NCBI GenBank assembly: GCA_044226625.1
Contig: JBGAGQ010000025.1
Coordinates: 14,531-78,530, forward strand
Length of the DNA stretch: 64,000 nt
Reading direction: 5' to 3'
Origin: Thermoanaerobaculia bacterium
Lineage (GTDB): Bacteria > Acidobacteriota > Thermoanaerobaculia > Multivoradales > UBA5704
How positions within the stretch are numbered: the stretch's first letter is position 1; each line of letters begins with the position of its first letter. Shown in pieces: positions 1-8,541 of the stretch. The notes beneath the pieces were generated by a model. It did no database searches. It was given only the letters and a program-made list of their open reading frames with translations, and was not told the DNA's origin. A program made the position numbers and the translations under genes.

Positions 1-971
1 TCGCGATCACGCTCACCGCGGCCACCCGCCTCGACGAGGCCCTCGCCGCCCACCGGAAGGCGCTCGACATCTACCGGCGGATCGGCCGCGGCGAGGACGT
101 CGAGGCGCTCGTGCTGCTCGGCAACATCGGCACGCTCGCGTACCGGATCGGCCGCGTCGGCGAAGCCGAGGAGATGCTCGGCACGGCCTATCGCAAGCAG
201 CGGGCGGTGGCGGGCGATTCCGCGGCCGTGGCCGCCGCGATGGGGCTCTACGGCGCGGCGCTCAACGCGCGGGGCCGCTCCGCCGAGGCGGTGCCGGTGC
301 TGCGCGAGGCGGTCGGGATGGCGACGCGCTTTACCGGTCCGTCGAGCCCTCTCGCGGTTCAGGACCGGCAGTTCCTCATCGACGCGTTGGCCGCGGCGGG
401 AGAGCTCGAAGCGGCTCGGGGGGCGCTCGCCGAGAACCTGGAGATCGCGCGCCGGCAGTTCGGACCCACCCACATCCTCACGCTCGTCCAGCGGCTCGCC
501 GAGGCGAAGCTCGCCCTGCTCGCCGGTCGGCCGGCGCAGGCCCAGGCAGAGGTCGAGGAGGTTCTTGCGGGACTCCGCGCGCTCGGCGGTCCGGGCGCTC
601 CGGCGGCATCCGCCGCGTCGGCGGCTCCCTGGATCGCTCGCGGTCGGATCGTCGGAGGCGACGCGCTGCTCGCTCTCGGCGAGCCGGTCGAGGCGGCGGC
701 CGGATTCCGCGAGGCGGTCGCAATCCGCGAGAAGCTCCTCTGGGCCGGCAGCTGGGAGCTCGCCGAAGCGAGAGCCCGGCTGGGCGAGGCGCTGGTCCTC
801 GGTGCCGCGGCCGGCGGGGCGAAGGACGGCGCGGCTAACGCTGCCGAGGGAAGGCGGCTTCTCGAGCAGGCGGAGATCGTCCTGCGGACCGAGCTCGGCG
901 CCGACCATCCGCAGACCCTGCGCGCGGCCCGAGCCCGCGCGCGGGAAACGCAGGCGAACAGTCCGAGCTAG
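1..971 (+). CDS. TPR-repeat C-terminal part of a larger protein (5' truncated by the window), probably an ECF-associated Ser/Thr kinase
   Basis: Frame is open from the window edge to TAG at 971. Kinesin-light-chain-like TPR repeats (LGNIGTLAYRIGRVGEAEEML, FGPTHILTL, LGADHPQT). Kinase identity is inferred only from the neighbouring TIGR02999-type sigma. Confidence 0.7.
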   Translation, partial: AITLTAATRLDEALAAHRKALDIYRRIGRGEDVEALVLLGNIGTLAYRIGRVGEAEEMLGTAYRKQRAVAGDSAAVAAAMGLYGAALNARGRSAEAVPVLREAVGMATRFTGPSSPLAVQDRQFLIDALAAAGELEAARGALAENLEIARRQFGPTHILTLVQRLAEAKLALLAGRPAQAQAEVEEVLAGLRALGGPGAPAASAASAAPWIARGRIVGGDALLALGEPVEAAAGFREAVAIREKLLWAGSWELAEARARLGEALVLGAAAGGAKDGAANAAEGRRLLEQAEIVLRTELGADHPQTLRAARARARETQANSPS

Positions 972-1118
972 CGGTCGCCCTCGCACCCACGAAGGGTGGG
1001 CATGGGTTCCGCGCGAGGGGCATCTTTCCTGGGGGTGTCCGGTTTTCCCACCCTTCCTGTTCTTAGAGACAGGGGAGCCGTTCGGCTCGCTCGTCTCTAG
1101 CCACGGGAAGGGAGATCC

Positions 1119-3518
1119 ATGTCGTCGAGAACCGCGGCCGTCCTGCTGCTCGTCCTCACCGGCTCGCTCGGCGCGGCGCACACCGCGCGGTCGGCCACGA
1201 TCACCGTCAACGGCACCGGCGACACCATCGCGCTCGACGGGAGCATCACCCTGCGCGAGGCGATCGCCTCGTTCAACGCCGGGGCCAACGTCAACGCCGA
1301 CGTGGCGCCGGTCGGCACCTACGGATCCGGCGACACCGTCGCCTTCAACATCGCCGGCGCCGGTCCGCACACGATCTCGGTCGGCGCCCTCGCGCTGCCG
1401 GTCATCGCGCGGCCGATGATCATCAGCGGCTACTCGCAACCGGGCAGCTTTCAGAACACCCTTGCCGTGGGCGACAACGCGGTGCTCAACATCGTGCTCC
1501 AGGGGACCACCTCCGGCGTGCACGGTCTCGAAATCGGACCCGGGGGCTCCGGCTCGGCGATCTCGGGGCTCGTGCTCCAGCACCATTTCTTCGCGCTGCA
1601 GATCACCGGCAGCAACGTCATCGTCTCGGGCAACTTCATCGGCACCGATCGCGGCGCGACCCTGTCCGACGCCACGACGACCAACGCCGTCGGGGTGAAC
1701 ATCGGCAGCGGCAACATCGGCAACAACCTCATCGGCGGTTCGACCCCGGCGGAGCGCAACGTGATTTCCGGCAACGCCGGCGGCATCATCATGAACTCGC
1801 AGCTGTCGAACACCGTGCGCGGCAACTACATCGGCGTCAACGGCGCCGGCACGGTGGCCATTCCGAACGGCGCGGCGGGCATCAACCTCGGCTCCTTGGG
1901 CGTGCCCACGATCGGCGGCGCCGTGATCGGCGGCGTCACCGGCATCCCCGGGCAGGGAGCCGGCAACGTCATCTCCGGCAACGGCTTGCGCGGGATCCAG
2001 ATCGCGACCGGCGGCCTGCCGACCGTGATCGGTCCGGTGAGCATCGAAGGGAACATCCTCGGCCTCGACGCCACCGGCACGAACCCGATCCCCAACGCCG
2101 GCCCCAACGTGTACCTCTTCGACATGGCGCTGCCGGACGACGGGATTCCGCGGATCGGCCCGGTGTCGATCGGCGGCTCGGCCGCGGGCTCGCGCAACGT
2201 CCTCTCCGCCTCCGGCCACGGCCTGTTCGCGCGGGCCGGCGGGACGATCGTCCGAGGCAACTACATCGGGACCGACATCACCGGCACGATCGCTCGCCCG
2301 AACACGTTCGGCATCGAGCTCTCGAACACGTTGGCCTTCGCCGGCGGCGCCACGATCGGCGGCACGGGGCCGAACGACGGCAACGTCATCTCGGGCAACG
2401 CGAGCGACGCCGTGCGGGTCTTCCTCTCGACGGCCACGCTGCAAGGCAACCGGATCGGCGTCTCGGCCACCGGGACGCCGCTCGGCAACGGCGGCCTCGG
2501 CATCTTCGTCGACAGCGGTCTCGCGACGATCGGCGGCACGGCCGCGGGCGCCGGGAACACGATCGCCAACAACGGCGACACGGGAGTCCAGGTGCGCATC
2601 GGCTTCTCGGTCGTCCGCAACGCCTCGGAGGCGTCGATCCTCGGCAACTCGATCAGCGGCAATTCCCTCCTCGGGATCAACAACTCGGTACCCGATCTGG
2701 TGACCGCGAACGACGCCGGTGACGGCGACTCCGGGCCGAACGGACTCCAGAACTTCCCGGTCGTCACCTCGGCGACGCTCGGTGCGGGCAACGTCACCGT
2801 CTCCGGCACGCTCAACAGCGCGGCCTCGGCCACCTACCGCGTCGAGCTGTTCTCGAATCCGGGCTGTGACACGTTGGGTTTCGGCGAAGGAGCTACGTTC
2901 CTCGGCTCCGTCGACGTCTCGACCGACGGCAGCGGCAACGGCAGCTTCGGCCCCGTCGTCTTCGCGATCCCCGCCGGCGAGCCGGTGATCACCGCCACGG
3001 CGACCGATCCGGCCGGTCACACGTCGGAGTTTTCGAGCTGCGTCACCGCGACGGGAGGACCGCCGCCGCTCCCGACGCTGTCGATCGACAGCGTCTCGCA
3101 CAGCGAAGGGAACGCGGGCACGACGGTCTACACCTTCACCGTGACGCTCTCGGCGGCGAGCGCGACGCCGGTGACGGTCGCCTACGCCACCTCGGACGCG
3201 AGCGCCACGACGGCGAGCTCCGATTACATGGCGGCGGCGGGCGTCCTGACCTTCACGCCGGGCGGGCCGCTCACGCAGACGATCACGGTGAACGTCGTGG
3301 GCGACGTCACGGTCGAGCCGGACGAGACCTTCCTCGTCACGCTCTCTGCACCTTCGGGCGCTACGCTCGCGACCGCGCAAGGGACCGGGACGATCGTCAA
3401 CGACGACGTCACGGGTCCTCCGCCTCCGCCGGCGGAGATCCCAACCCTGTCGCAGTGGGGGATGCTGCTTTTTGTCGGCGCGCTCGCGCTGCTCGCGGTG
3501 GCGCGTCTGACGCGCTAG
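1119..3518 (+). CDS. Secreted CSLREA-like / right-handed beta-helix / Calx-beta protein with IPTL-CTERM sorting signal
   Basis: Signal peptide; DGSITLREAI (CSLREA variant); repeated GNVISGN/GNxIG motifs; GPNGLQNFP..TSEFS module; Calx-beta (SEGNAGT..VEPDETFLVTLS..GTIVNDD); C-terminal EIPTLSQWGMLL plus TM plus basic tail. RBS GGGAG. Confidence 0.9.
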   Translation: MSSRTAAVLLLVLTGSLGAAHTARSATITVNGTGDTIALDGSITLREAIASFNAGANVNADVAPVGTYGSGDTVAFNIAGAGPHTISVGALALPVIARPMIISGYSQPGSFQNTLAVGDNAVLNIVLQGTTSGVHGLEIGPGGSGSAISGLVLQHHFFALQITGSNVIVSGNFIGTDRGATLSDATTTNAVGVNIGSGNIGNNLIGGSTPAERNVISGNAGGIIMNSQLSNTVRGNYIGVNGAGTVAIPNGAAGINLGSLGVPTIGGAVIGGVTGIPGQGAGNVISGNGLRGIQIATGGLPTVIGPVSIEGNILGLDATGTNPIPNAGPNVYLFDMALPDDGIPRIGPVSIGGSAAGSRNVLSASGHGLFARAGGTIVRGNYIGTDITGTIARPNTFGIELSNTLAFAGGATIGGTGPNDGNVISGNASDAVRVFLSTATLQGNRIGVSATGTPLGNGGLGIFVDSGLATIGGTAAGAGNTIANNGDTGVQVRIGFSVVRNASEASILGNSISGNSLLGINNSVPDLVTANDAGDGDSGPNGLQNFPVVTSATLGAGNVTVSGTLNSAASATYRVELFSNPGCDTLGFGEGATFLGSVDVSTDGSGNGSFGPVVFAIPAGEPVITATATDPAGHTSEFSSCVTATGGPPPLPTLSIDSVSHSEGNAGTTVYTFTVTLSAASATPVTVAYATSDASATTASSDYMAAAGVLTFTPGGPLTQTITVNVVGDVTVEPDETFLVTLSAPSGATLATAQGTGTIVNDDVTGPPPPPAEIPTLSQWGMLLFVGALALLAVARLTR

Positions 3519-4153
3519 GGAGACAGGGGGCGATCGGCGCCCGAGAGCTCGCGATATAGCCAGGCGCGGGCGAGCGTCCAGTCGCGGCGGACCGTCCGCT
3601 CCGACAGGCCGAGCGCCCGCGCCGTCTCGCGCTCGTCGTAGCCGGCGAAGAACCGGCACTCGACCACCCGGGCGAGGCGGGCCGACTGCCGGGCGAGGCG
3701 TCCCAGCGCTTCGTCGAGGGCGAGGAGGGTCTCGTCGTCCGCGGAGCCCGAATCGATCCGGGCATCGTGAGCGGTGTCGAGAACGTCGAGCGGCAAGTGC
3801 GCGGCTCCTCCACCGCGCTTGGCCGCCCGCCGCGCCTCGGCGTGGTTGACCAGCGCGTGCCGCATCGCGAGAGCCGCCGCGCGCAGGAAATGCGCCTCGT
3901 CGTTCCAGCTTCGCGTGCCGCGGAGCTTCAGATAGGCCTCATGGACCAGAGCGGTGGTGTGCAGAGTTCTCCCCGCACCGGCCCGCGAGCGCTCGCGCCG
4001 CGCCAGGCGCTTCAAATCGGCGTAGAAGATCGGCAATAGCTCGTCGACGAGGTGGCGAACTTCCGGCGGAAGGGGATCGTCCCAAGCGGACGATCGGTTC
4101 GCCGCGCCCGACGCGGTTCCCGGTTCCGCCTTTCTCTCGCCCGCGTCGTCCAT
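3515..4153 (-). CDS. ECF sigma factor, TIGR02999 (kinase-associated, EcfK/ECF43-like) family
   Basis: Signature TLHTTALVHEAYLKL, HFLRAAALAMRHALVNHA..RAAKRGGG, VVECRFFAGY..ETARALGLSERTVRRDW. Confidence 0.9.
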   Translation of the reverse strand: MDDAGERKAEPGTASGAANRSSAWDDPLPPEVRHLVDELLPIFYADLKRLARRERSRAGAGRTLHTTALVHEAYLKLRGTRSWNDEAHFLRAAALAMRHALVNHAEARRAAKRGGGAAHLPLDVLDTAHDARIDSGSADDETLLALDEALGRLARQSARLARVVECRFFAGYDERETARALGLSERTVRRDWTLARAWLYRELSGADRPLSP

Positions 4154-4314
4154 CCCGCCATCGTACCGCGCGGAGTCGGTCCCGTCCTCGGCGGTGCTTC
4201 AGGTTGGGATAGGGGAGTACGGGGAAAGCAAGCAACGACAAGGCATGCTGAAGTAAGATAACGCAAAGCCGGTGCCATTAATCCTCGGGGCAACAAGGAG
4301 GCAAGGGACTCTCC

Positions 4315-5094
4315 ATGGATGACGCTTCTCTGGACACGATTCGTCCTTACCTTCTCGACTATGCCGAGGGTATCCTCTGGATGTTCGCTGCAGTTTCGCT
4401 GTGCAGCTCACCCGGAGCGTTTGCCAAGCACGCTCAGGCATTTGACACCTTCTTGGGTCAACTACCCAACCTTCGGATGCCAGATCTGGTGATCGGGCTG
4501 ATCGTTCTGATCATCGGCATTATTCTGCCGTACTGTGTCTCTGTGACTCTGCGACCCGTCGCGATGTTGTTACTCAACTGGCAGCTTAGCTTTCAGCGCC
4601 GAGTAACCCGCCGGCAGGTGCAAGAGCAGGCTTGGCTTCGTGGTCACGAGGAGCTTCAGAGGCATCTCGGATTAGGGTGCAGGATCTCGGCTGACTTCTG
4701 CATGATGGCCCTCGAAGCGACACAGCCCACCGTGGCGCGAAGGCTGCGGAATTCCTATCGCGACTTAGCTTTTCGAGCCAGAGCTATTCTGCCAGCTGCC
4801 TTGATTCTCGCTTCGGCCTCAGCCTTTATTCTCGAGAGCCTATTTCGACTTACTTTTCCAGCGGTCGTATCGATCGGTCTGGCGCTCGCTTTTTTCGCGC
4901 TAGGATCTTGGGCCGCCAATGCCGACCTCGAGCAGTTCCATGAAGGACTCGGAGCTACGATCCTTCTCTTACTTCCGAAGCTTGCGGTCGCTGTGCCAGC
5001 TAACGGGTGTTCAGGGCACACCGTCCTCGGTCTTGGGCCAAATGCGCCCGATGGCTCGCCCGCTCCGCGCCCGGAGGCAACTTCAAGCCCGTGA
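4315..5094 (+). CDS. Hypothetical membrane protein (about 4 TM), lower GC
   Basis: 259-aa ORF with ATG, four hydrophobic segments and AT-richer codons. No family recognised. Confidence 0.65.
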   Translation: MDDASLDTIRPYLLDYAEGILWMFAAVSLCSSPGAFAKHAQAFDTFLGQLPNLRMPDLVIGLIVLIIGIILPYCVSVTLRPVAMLLLNWQLSFQRRVTRRQVQEQAWLRGHEELQRHLGLGCRISADFCMMALEATQPTVARRLRNSYRDLAFRARAILPAALILASASAFILESLFRLTFPAVVSIGLALAFFALGSWAANADLEQFHEGLGATILLLLPKLAVAVPANGCSGHTVLGLGPNAPDGSPAPRPEATSSP

Positions 5095-5203
5095 GGGGCT
5101 TTCGGGTGATCGTCGGAACGAGTTATTGATCGCGCGGGAGTGCTGGCGGCCTCGATCTTTGCGGCCGACGCGTCGGCGCCGCTCGCATGCGGAAGGAGAA
5201 TCC

Positions 5204-5561
5204 ATGGCAACCCCGCTCACCCGTTCGAAGGACGATCCGTGGAAGCTGAGGACGCCTCCCGGAACGTCCGAGTACACGATGCATACCGACGAGAGACGCC
5301 CGATGCATCGACGACCTGCACGAGATGCTCCGGAAGGCGGGGGATTGGGTGGAGCTCGGGGGTGCCGACGAACAGAAACCGGCCAAGGAAGGGACAGTCG
5401 AGAGTTGGGGGCGCTCCGAGTCGAATCCCGTCGGCGGCTGGTATGGCTTGAAAAAGGGACTGCGGGGTCGCTTCGGGGTCTACATCCCGCCCCTGATGGA
5501 GGCCTTGGACCTCTGCGAGCTCGAACACAACGCCAAGAACAACCGCATGCGCGCCAAGTAG
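5204..5561 (+). pseudogene. DUF6855-like protein, frameshifted by an internal deletion
   Basis: RBS GGAAGGAG (5191-5198) and ATG 5204 give MATPLTRSKDDPWKLRTPPGTSEYTMHTDE. From 5295 a different frame gives DARCIDDLHEMLRKAGDWVELGGADEQKPAKEGTVESWGRS..GGWYGLKKGLRGRFGVYIPPLMEAL..HNAKNNRMRAK. Both halves match my recollection of the DUF6855 consensus, with about 20 aa missing at the junction. Confidence 0.7.
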
Positions 5562-5706
5562 TCACTTCAAGAAGCGAGGCCGCCCTCGGTCTCGCAGCCA
5601 TCGCCCTGAAACAACCTTGCCTCGGCCGTAGGGCCGGCCGCGATGCGATTTCGAGCTTCTTCTGGCGTCTTTTATCGAGCCTCAATTTCCTTCGAAGGAG
5701 GTCTCG

Positions 5707-6807
5707 ATGCTGGATCGACTTCTGGCCCCCTTTTTCGCCCAGTTGGCATTGAAGGTCGGATGGATCATAACGTTGTGGATTGGCCTGTTGCTGGCGGCGG
5801 CCGCGATCTTCTCCCGAGGTCGCTTGCGGGATTTCTTGAGCAGTCTGGGGCAACTGGTCGCCGCTGTCGTCACGAGCCCGTTCGCCTACCTTCGCAAGGC
5901 TGTCCTGGCGCTCTGCGACTACGGTCGGCGTGGCAACGCCGTATTTGGTGGAACCGATCAGTTCCTTTTAAGCCGGCTGGTCGTTTTCCTTGATGCCGGT
6001 GTCGTTTTGCTCTCGCTCGGCGTGCTGGCGGGGGGAATCGTCGAGAGCTTTGAGGTTCTGGTGCCGCCTGCCGAGGTACGAGAAGCGCTCGCGAGGACGG
6101 AAGAAGCGCTCGTTCAACAGATGCGTCGCCTGGAGGAAACAAAGCGACAAGTCTCGGACCTCGACAAGGCCTGGACCGCCGAAGGGGCGAAGATCGAAAA
6201 GGCGTTTCGTGAACCACGGGAGAAGGTCCAACGAGCCGAGAAGCAGGTACGGGCCCGGATCGAGTCCCAAATCGTCCCGGAGACGCCGCTCTCAAGCGCG
6301 ATAGAAGCCGCGAAGCAGGCGATTACGAATCAAGGCGAGCCGGATTCCGAGACCGCCGCCGCCTACACTCGAAATTCCGCGCGTTCCTGGCTATGGTATC
6401 TCGATGGACCGGGGCAGGAGGCACTCACGAGCTGGACCGAGAGCTGGTATCGGGAGGCGATCGCCAGTATCGAGCTACGGGAGGTTTCGGCCGAGAGTCT
6501 TCGAGCCCAGAAGCAACCGAACTATGGCCAACTCTCGGCCGAGAAATCCGATCTTGAATCCCAGATCCAAGCGACGACGACAAGCCGCGACGAACTCCGG
6601 CGCGAGGCTAGGCTGCGATTCGGCCCGGCATTTCGCCAGTTGGTCATGGCGGCCGTATCGCTTCTCGCCTTGGTATGGTGGCTAGGCCTTCTCTTAGAGG
6701 CCCTCGGACTGGCTCTTCATCTGACCAACGACGTTCGCCGCCTGCGCGAGAAGATCGTGATCGAAGAAGGGGTACTTGTGGTTCAAGTGCCAACTCCAGA
6801 AGGCTGA
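5707..6807 (+). CDS. Hypothetical membrane protein with central coiled-coil
   Basis: RBS AAGGAGG; N-terminal TMs, long heptad-rich soluble region (EEALVQQMRRLEETKRQVSDLDK), C-terminal TM followed by HLTNDVRRLRE. Confidence 0.75.
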   Translation: MLDRLLAPFFAQLALKVGWIITLWIGLLLAAAAIFSRGRLRDFLSSLGQLVAAVVTSPFAYLRKAVLALCDYGRRGNAVFGGTDQFLLSRLVVFLDAGVVLLSLGVLAGGIVESFEVLVPPAEVREALARTEEALVQQMRRLEETKRQVSDLDKAWTAEGAKIEKAFREPREKVQRAEKQVRARIESQIVPETPLSSAIEAAKQAITNQGEPDSETAAAYTRNSARSWLWYLDGPGQEALTSWTESWYREAIASIELREVSAESLRAQKQPNYGQLSAEKSDLESQIQATTTSRDELRREARLRFGPAFRQLVMAAVSLLALVWWLGLLLEALGLALHLTNDVRRLREKIVIEEGVLVVQVPTPEG

Positions 6808-6831
6808 CGGAGGGTTCGACCGAAAGGTCCT

Positions 6832-7263
6832 GTGAGCGCTAAACGCATCTTTCAAGCTGCCAGTTGGGTCGTGATCCTGGCGTTTCTCCTTCCCGTTATC
6901 GCGTACGCGATCTGTCTGTGGAAGATCTCAGGCCGCCCCAGCCCTGCGGATCCTGACCATTTCGCTACATCCGAGCTTCGTTCGGCATGGGAGCGTTGGG
7001 GCGAACGGCTACCGTTGCGAGTCGAGTCGCTCGATCCCTGGAGATACACCTACCGAATTTGGTCGGGGACCATGGACTTGGAGGGGGGAGGCCAACGGGC
7101 CGCTTGGCGGGTCGCCCGCGCGTACAACGCCGATCACTTGCCCCGTGAAGGGAGATCGACGTGGTGGCATCCGTCCGGTGCGGCACTCACAATTTGGATA
7201 ACCCGCAAATGGTCGGCAGAACAGATCGCCGCGACGCTCGCACGCGATCGACGATGTAGGTGA
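6832..7263 (+). CDS. Hypothetical membrane-anchored protein, possibly a degenerate transglycosylase-like fragment
   Basis: GTG start, N-terminal TM. The C-terminus AALTIWITRKWSAEQIAATL loosely resembles the PBP transglycosylase A-LA--LE----K-EIL motif. Confidence 0.5.
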   Translation: MSAKRIFQAASWVVILAFLLPVIAYAICLWKISGRPSPADPDHFATSELRSAWERWGERLPLRVESLDPWRYTYRIWSGTMDLEGGGQRAAWRVARAYNADHLPREGRSTWWHPSGAALTIWITRKWSAEQIAATLARDRRCR

Positions 7264-7299
7264 TTTTCGAACGAGATTTGATTTGGCGCCGCCCCTTTC

Positions 7300-7457
7300 G
7301 TGGAGATCTCAGCCACCGTTTTCAATTCGCCGGGCAGCCACCGCGTGGTCCTGCGTAGCGGGGAGGTCGAACACTCCCTGACCGACGCCGTCGCCGAGGT
7401 CCACAACACCCTACGGAAGGCGTCGCGGTCGAGCTCGTCCGGATGGACCCCGAGTAG
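7300..7457 (+). pseudogene. OsmC-family gene remnant with large internal deletion and frameshift
   Basis: MEISATVFNSPGSHRVVLRSGEVEHSL is joined directly at 7380/7381 to TDAVAEVHNTLR. A -1 shift at about 7416 gives EGVAVELVRMDPE*. These resemble the N- and C-termini of an OsmC-like subfamily; the Cys-containing core is absent. Confidence 0.55.
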
Positions 7458-7587
7458 TATCTCGGCACGACGAGCGTCGAGATTCGCCTGCGCGCGCCGG
7501 GGCGCCGCCGCGAGAGCTACGCTCCGGCGAACCGTTCGCTGAACATTCAAGAGCGTGGGGCGTGCCCCCGTGCGAGAGAGGGGAGAA

Positions 7588-8331
7588 GTGGCCGCTGAAG
7601 CTGTCGCGACGCGACGAAACCGCTCGTGGTTCTACACCGGAATGGGAGCGGTGGCGCTTCTCGCCGTCGCGGTGGGATTCGGGCGCACCTATGCCGCTCC
7701 GATAGCGCGAGGTACCTTCTCGGCGCCGTTCGTCGTGCACCTCCATGGAGCGTTCGCGGTCTCTTGGGTGCTGCTGTTCGTGTTGCAGCCTCTCCTCCTC
7801 CGAAGAGCCGGCTTGAAATGGCATCGCCGCGTCGGCCGCGTGGGGTTGCCGCTCGCCGTGGGTGTGGCGGTGACCATGCTTCCTGCCGGCATGTTTCAAG
7901 CCACGCGAGATGCGGCCGCGGGGGCTGGGCCGACCGGAATTTCGGGCCTGCTCGGCGTCGTCACGTCGGCGATTCTGTTCACGACGCTCGTCGCCGCGGG
8001 CATCTGGGCGCGACGCGATCGTGAGGCGCATGCCCGTTGGATGCTCATCGCGACGCTTCTGGTGATCTGGCCGGCATGGTTCCGATTCCGGCACTGGTTT
8101 CCGTCGGTGCAGCGGCCCGACGTCTGGTTCGCTTTCGTGCTCGCCAATTTCTGGATCGTCGTCGCGATGGTGCGAGATCGCTTGACGCGCGGGGCCGTTC
8201 ACCCCGTGCTCGCCTGGGCAGGCGGCGGGGTCGTCATCGAGCAGGCGCTCGAGTTGGTCGCCTTCGATTCCGTGCCGTGGCGGATGGCGGCGCAGTGGGT
8301 TTACGACGCGTTGCGGGCGGTGGGAGCGTAG
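7588..8331 (+). CDS. Hypothetical multi-pass membrane protein (about 7 TM, conserved His residues)
   Basis: GTG at 7588 after GGGGAG. Motifs VHLHGAFAVSWVLLFVLQPLL, WHRRVGRVG, EAHARWMLIAT, DRLTRGAVHPV. Confidence 0.8.
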   Translation: MAAEAVATRRNRSWFYTGMGAVALLAVAVGFGRTYAAPIARGTFSAPFVVHLHGAFAVSWVLLFVLQPLLLRRAGLKWHRRVGRVGLPLAVGVAVTMLPAGMFQATRDAAAGAGPTGISGLLGVVTSAILFTTLVAAGIWARRDREAHARWMLIATLLVIWPAWFRFRHWFPSVQRPDVWFAFVLANFWIVVAMVRDRLTRGAVHPVLAWAGGGVVIEQALELVAFDSVPWRMAAQWVYDALRAVGA

Positions 8332-8541
8332 GGCCACCGCGTCGGCGCGAGGGACAATTCGTCCCGCCGATCTGCCGTTTCCAAGAGAGTTTGCACCTTG
8401 AAAGCGCCAATGCGATGGGCCCTTGCAAGGCAAGGTCCGAAATCCGAAGGTCGAAGGGCGGAGGTCCCGTAGAATCCGCTTCGATAAACTGTTGACCGCC
8501 AGCTCGACGGGAATCTTTGAGCTCAACCTCTCGGAGGCACC

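Noticed and set aside
1064-1099. Hairpin TAGAGAC..GAGCCG-TT-CGGCTC..GTCTCTA upstream of the surface-protein RBS
   Set aside because: A real inverted repeat, but it has no U-tract or known RNA motif, so no function can be assigned.
4240-4300. ACGCAAAGCC resembling a c-di-GMP-I riboswitch
   Set aside because: The upstream GGCAAAC..GAAA..GG stem and the downstream P3 are absent.
5290-5300. Programmed frameshift in the DUF6855-like gene
   Set aside because: No slippery heptamer, and coding sequence appears to be missing at the junction, which favours a deletion.
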